Below, one piece after another: positions 51,205 to 55,154 of a DNA stretch of 55,154 nt. Position 1 is the stretch's first letter, and each line of letters opens with the position of its first letter. The notes beneath the pieces are model-generated. The model was not told where the DNA came from. It did not search any database and saw only the letters and a list, made by a program, of their open reading frames with translations. This stretch comes from Candidatus Collierbacteria bacterium GW2011_GWC2_44_18 (lineage in GTDB: Bacteria; Patescibacteriota; Microgenomatia; UBA1400; MFAQ01). The stretch is taken from contig LCIE01000003.1 of assembly GCA_001000865.1 (NCBI GenBank), forward strand, positions 2,531 to 57,684, read 5' to 3'. The position numbers and the translations under genes are program-made.

Positions 51205-52239
51205 GTGAGATACCTGAAACGTTTTTGGTGGATTTTTGCACTTGGCTTCCTGGTTGGGGGAGGATGGATGTGGTGGAGTGGTATAAGTAGACAAAATAGC
51301 CTAAACACCGCTAGCTATACCGTAAAACGAAAAGATTTAATCGAGACACTCTCTCTTTCAGGACAAATTGATGCCGGCGAGAAAGCGAACCTGCAGTTTC
51401 AAACATCCGGACTTCTTTCTTGGGTCGGGGTTAAAGAAGGTGATTATGTTAAAAAATATCAAGTGGTAGCATCTCTTGATAAGCAGCAGCTCCAAAATCA
51501 AATGAGTCAACTACTAAACACCTATATGACAAACCGATGGACTTTTGAACAAGGGCAAGCCGATAATCTCAATTGGCAAACTGATGGGATGACGGATGCG
51601 GCCAGAGACACAGTCAAAAGAACGGTCCAAAAAAACCAATTTAGTTTGAATAATGCGGTACTGGATGTCGAAGCCAAGAATTTAGCCATGAAATTTGCCA
51701 ATCTTTGGACTCCGATCGAGGGAATAGTGACCAGCATTGACACTCCCAATAGTGGGGTAAATATAACTCCGGTTTCAGCTAATTTTATGGTAATCAATCC
51801 CAAATCAATCTATTTTTCCGCGACCGCCGACCAGACGGAGGTCCCCTCTTTTAAAGATGGCATGGCGGGAAAAATTGTCCTTGATTCTTTCCCAGACAAG
51901 GAAATCGATGCTTCGATATCTGGTATTGGTTTTGTTCCCAAAGCAGGAGAAACCGGCACTGTGTATGAACTAAAAATAAACTTACTAAACATCGGAGATA
52001 TTACCGACAGTCTCAAGATAGGGATGACGGGAGATGCTAACTTTATACTCAAACAAATTCCCCAGGTACTGACCGTGCCGGAAGCTTACCTTAAGAAAAT
52101 GGACGGAAAGTTTTATGTGACCAAAATGATCAATGGAGTTTTGACAAAAGTTGAAGTGGTAGAGGGTGACACGATTGAAGGCGACGTGGAAATAAAGGAA
52201 GGACTAAATGAAAACGACGTCATCTATAATCAGCCTTAA
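51205..52239 (+). CDS. HlyD/MacA-type periplasmic adaptor of an ABC efflux system
   Basis: GTG start and an N-terminal TM anchor. Barrel-sandwich/lipoyl-like motifs (GQIDAGEKANLQFQTSGLLSWVGVKEGDYVKKYQVVASLD ... WTPIEGIVTSI) and a coiled-coil segment. Confidence 0.7.
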   Translation: MRYLKRFWWIFALGFLVGGGWMWWSGISRQNSLNTASYTVKRKDLIETLSLSGQIDAGEKANLQFQTSGLLSWVGVKEGDYVKKYQVVASLDKQQLQNQMSQLLNTYMTNRWTFEQGQADNLNWQTDGMTDAARDTVKRTVQKNQFSLNNAVLDVEAKNLAMKFANLWTPIEGIVTSIDTPNSGVNITPVSANFMVINPKSIYFSATADQTEVPSFKDGMAGKIVLDSFPDKEIDASISGIGFVPKAGETGTVYELKINLLNIGDITDSLKIGMTGDANFILKQIPQVLTVPEAYLKKMDGKFYVTKMINGVLTKVEVVEGDTIEGDVEIKEGLNENDVIYNQP

Positions 52240-52906
52240 AAAAGTTTACAAAGAATACCTGCTTGGAGATGGATCTATTTTTACAGCTCTAAAAGATATA
52301 AATCTGGATATTTATGAAGGCGAATTTTCGGCCATCATCGGCTCTTCCGGATCAGGGAAATCGACCTTGATGCACATGATTGGGCTTCTCGACAAACCGA
52401 CCCGTGGAGAAATAATCGTCAACGGTGAAGATGTCGCCAAACTGAATGACAATCAAACATCAGTTCTCCGCAATTCATACGTTGGTTTTGTATTTCAACA
52501 ATTTAATTTATTGAACAAACTAACGATCAAAGAAAATATTCTTTTGCCGGCCATTTACAGCAAGATAAAGCTTGATTTCGACCCGGATCAAAGAGCCGAC
52601 ATGCTGATGGAGAAGTTTGGAATTATTTCCAAAAAAGATTCTTTTCCCAATCGGATTTCCGGAGGGCAACAACAGAGAGTGGCGGTAGCGAGAGCCCTCA
52701 TTATGAAACCCCAGTTGATTCTGGCTGATGAACCGACGGGGAACCTTGACCACAAAACCGGCAACGAAATCATTGACCTGTTTGAACAACTAAATATAAC
52801 CGAGCGGATCACAATTGTGATGGTAACTCACGAAATGGAGATAGCCCAAAGAACCGGTAGACGAATAAAGGTCTTAGATGGTGAAATAATCAGTGATAAG
52901 AAATGA
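52208..52906 (+). CDS. MacB/LolD-type ABC ATP-binding protein
   Basis: [54 protein letters not shown]. Confidence 0.9.
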   Translation: MKTTSSIISLKKVYKEYLLGDGSIFTALKDINLDIYEGEFSAIIGSSGSGKSTLMHMIGLLDKPTRGEIIVNGEDVAKLNDNQTSVLRNSYVGFVFQQFNLLNKLTIKENILLPAIYSKIKLDFDPDQRADMLMEKFGIISKKDSFPNRISGGQQQRVAVARALIMKPQLILADEPTGNLDHKTGNEIIDLFEQLNITERITIVMVTHEMEIAQRTGRRIKVLDGEIISDKK

Positions 52907-54102
52907 AATTAGATAAAGAATTATATTTACTACTAAAGTCGGCTTTTGCCGATTTTCGGCGTGATAAGATCCGGACCGGCTTGACGTCTCTCGGAATCAT
53001 GATTGGAGTCTTCTCGGTAGTCATCTTAATTGCTTTGGGGCTGGGGTTAAAAAATTATATCCAGCAGCAATTTGAAAGTTTGGGAGCCAATTTGGTAATG
53101 ATTTTACCCGGATCGGGGTTTTCCGGAGGTAACGGACCGGCCGGACTGGCCGGTGGAGCGGAGTTTGATGAAAAAGATGTCACCAATCTTCGAAAATTGC
53201 CGAACATAAAATATATTGTCCCAGTTTATGTCCGCTCGGCTTCAGTAAGCTCGGCCGATACTCAAAAAAAAGTGACGATCATGGGAGGAAACGAAGATAT
53301 TTTCCCACTAATTAACATTAAAGCGGAGAGCGGAGAGTTATGGACGAAATCTGATGTCGACAAAAAGGCAAAAGTGGCGGTACTGGGAAACACGATTGCC
53401 GGGGACCTTTACGGCAAGCCCGATAACGCCTTGGGAAAAACGATCCGGATTGAGGGCCTGAGACTTAAGGTAATTGGAGTGGCTAAGAAAATTGGAAATC
53501 AAGAAAGGGATGGAGCCGCCTTTATTCCGTATACCACCACCTTTGGTTCACTCAACCCCAAGAAAACTTTCTTTGCTATCTATTTGGGAATTGCGGATCA
53601 GAATGTAGTCAATAGCGTGAAGGCCGATGTCCAAAAAACTTTGGTCAAACGATATGACAAAGATAGGTTTTCGGTGACGGAACAATCGGAAATTCTGTCG
53701 TCGATCAATCAGATCTTCGCGATAATTAATCTCGTTTTGATTGCCATTGGCTCGATCTCGTTGATTGTGGGCGGTATCGGGATTATGAATATTATGTATG
53801 CGACAGTGACGGAGAGGACGAGGGAGGTGGGGATCCGAAGAGCTCTGGGTGCCACGACCAGAGATATCCTGCTACAGTTTTTGACCGAGTCTACCGTGCT
53901 CTCTTTGTTTGGAGGCATTGTTGGACTAATGGTAGCCTCTCTGGTGGTCGCGATTGTCCGAAATTGGTTCCCTGTGGCTATTAATTTGTTCGCAGTGGTT
54001 TTGGCGATAGGGGTCTCTAGCGGAATCGGAATTTTCTTTGGAGTTTTTCCGGCTAAGAAAGCCGCGGACCTCTCCCCTATGGAAGCGATCAGATATGAAT
54101 AA
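52903..54102 (+). CDS. MacB-type ABC permease (FtsX-like 4-TM with periplasmic domain)
   Basis: 399 aa. DKIRTGLTSLGIMIGVFSVV, a large periplasmic domain, and C-terminal GGIGIMNIMYATVTERTREVGIRRALGAT...FFGVFPAKKAADLSPMEAIRYE. Confidence 0.9.
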   Translation: MKLDKELYLLLKSAFADFRRDKIRTGLTSLGIMIGVFSVVILIALGLGLKNYIQQQFESLGANLVMILPGSGFSGGNGPAGLAGGAEFDEKDVTNLRKLPNIKYIVPVYVRSASVSSADTQKKVTIMGGNEDIFPLINIKAESGELWTKSDVDKKAKVAVLGNTIAGDLYGKPDNALGKTIRIEGLRLKVIGVAKKIGNQERDGAAFIPYTTTFGSLNPKKTFFAIYLGIADQNVVNSVKADVQKTLVKRYDKDRFSVTEQSEILSSINQIFAIINLVLIAIGSISLIVGGIGIMNIMYATVTERTREVGIRRALGATTRDILLQFLTESTVLSLFGGIVGLMVASLVVAIVRNWFPVAINLFAVVLAIGVSSGIGIFFGVFPAKKAADLSPMEAIRYE

Positions 54103-55120
54103 CGAAAACATGGAACAAGATATTGAAAGTAAATACGTTTCACCTGAAGAGAGAGAACTCACAGAGAAGAAGATATCCTTCGACATTCAAATGGCTTACA
54201 AAAAAACTCCTGAATACGAGAAAATTCAAAAGCTATTATTATCGAATCCCAATAGAAACGAAAATCAAATCATAGAGCTTATCAAAAGTTCGAGAAAAAA
54301 AATATCGGAAATGCCACATCTCTATGATGGTTCAAGCAGCACAATGACGATGACTAACCGCAAGTATCTCGTCGATGACTACAATAAGTATCTTTATTTG
54401 ATGGAAAAGTGGAAAGAAACTCAAACTGAAATAGAAAAACCTTTTTTTGATCAAAACGAATTGCTGACGACTGGGAAATTGATGCTTTATCACTGGGCAT
54501 TAAAAAGCAATCTTCCGCAAATTATGATGCAAGGATTACTTCCAGCTGCTCTAAGTGGCGAAGGAAGTGGATCTGGGATTCTTAACTATGGGACTCTCGA
54601 TTTAAATAATAATTGGGTAAGTGCTGGTATCGGAGGTTTGGACGTGGAATCCCCTGCTAATATATATGCTCTTTTGCAAGTGGATATCGGAGGATCAGAA
54701 TTGGTATCATGGACATATTTCTCAAAGAAAGATGGTGGTCTTTCTGGAGGGTGGAACTCATCTCTTTTTTCAAGTACAGCACTTAACCCAAATGGTGTCG
54801 AGAAAATGTTTCACAGGTTTATCAGAGCAGACAAAGATGCACTTAGGGCTAATTCTATGCCGTCAATATTGCCAGAGTATCAGGAAGATCAATACAGATA
54901 TTCGTATATGTTTAAATCTTATTTGCCAGGTGGTTTTTTTAACTCAAGTGAGGAAGAAGAAATGATGTTTTGGTATGCTGCTCCACGAAGGATTAGAATT
55001 GTTGAGAGAAAACGCATTGATCCCAAGGAACTCGATAAATATTTTAGAGCAAAGCGTAGCTGGAGGAAACAAGTTACGGAGTATAGAAAAAGTCACCCCG
55101 AACTCGACACTAATAAATAA
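54095..55120 (+). CDS. hypothetical protein (orphan)
   Basis: ~341-aa ORF. Start chosen at MNNENMEQ (54095), overlapping the permease stop by 8 nt. No TM segments and no motif recognised. Confidence 0.45.
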   Translation: MNNENMEQDIESKYVSPEERELTEKKISFDIQMAYKKTPEYEKIQKLLLSNPNRNENQIIELIKSSRKKISEMPHLYDGSSSTMTMTNRKYLVDDYNKYLYLMEKWKETQTEIEKPFFDQNELLTTGKLMLYHWALKSNLPQIMMQGLLPAALSGEGSGSGILNYGTLDLNNNWVSAGIGGLDVESPANIYALLQVDIGGSELVSWTYFSKKDGGLSGGWNSSLFSSTALNPNGVEKMFHRFIRADKDALRANSMPSILPEYQEDQYRYSYMFKSYLPGGFFNSSEEEEMMFWYAAPRRIRIVERKRIDPKELDKYFRAKRSWRKQVTEYRKSHPELDTNK

Positions 55121-55154
55121 TTGACTTAACTAAATATTCGGGGATTGCTATGGC

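Overview
This 55-kb bacterial window is moderately AT-rich. Its gene content suggests a reduced-genome Patescibacteria/CPR-type organism, which is inference only. The supporting features are many GT-C/ArnT-like membrane glycosyltransferases, a half-length TsaB, giant surface proteins and dense hairpin repeats tagged with GCAATGAC. The code appears standard: UGA ends many ORFs, and an RF2 with SPF and GGQ motifs is present.

Layout:
(i) 1-0.5 kb: the 3' part of an IS30-type transposase.
(ii) 0.5-24.1 kb: a very large, mostly minus-strand surface-glycosylation locus. It holds seven polytopic GT-C/YfhO-like proteins, three Dpm1/GtrB-like polyprenol-phosphate GT2 enzymes (one fused to GtrA), three other GT2, one GT4 and a Wzx-type flippase. 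orn and two orphan genes are embedded in it.
(iii) 24.1-29.2 kb: a CDGSH protein, trmD, a SagB-like nitroreductase, a SurA-N-like chaperone, small envelope proteins and a CAP-domain protein.
(iv) 29.3-37 kb: a sortase-like protein lacking the catalytic Cys, a giant LTD/beta-helix/FN3 surface protein split by one homopolymer frameshift, tsaB/tsaE, VanZ and a PT-rich surface protein.
(v) 37.3-44.7 kb: an island of unrecognisable genes. It contains a small PD-(D/E)xK nuclease-like protein, two translationally coupled ~380-aa unknowns, two small proteins sharing an N-terminal MSQxCxKIPxxxDVQ leader, a Zn-ribbon/DEAH/S1 helicase, and a structured ~280-nt RNA candidate bounded by a promoter and a terminator. 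This is my best candidate for an undescribed system.
(vi) 44.7-49.6 kb: ftsE-ftsX with an EnvC-like M23 peptidase whose M23 domain looks circularly permuted, then prfB.
(vii) 49.7-55.1 kb: a cytochrome-b5-like protein, a degraded ferric-reductase-like gene, a MacAB-like ABC efflux operon and an orphan.

A mosaic family of GC-rich hairpin repeats ending in GCAATGAC or GGATGAC occurs at about 19 loci. Several copies are read through in frame inside membrane or surface protein genes.
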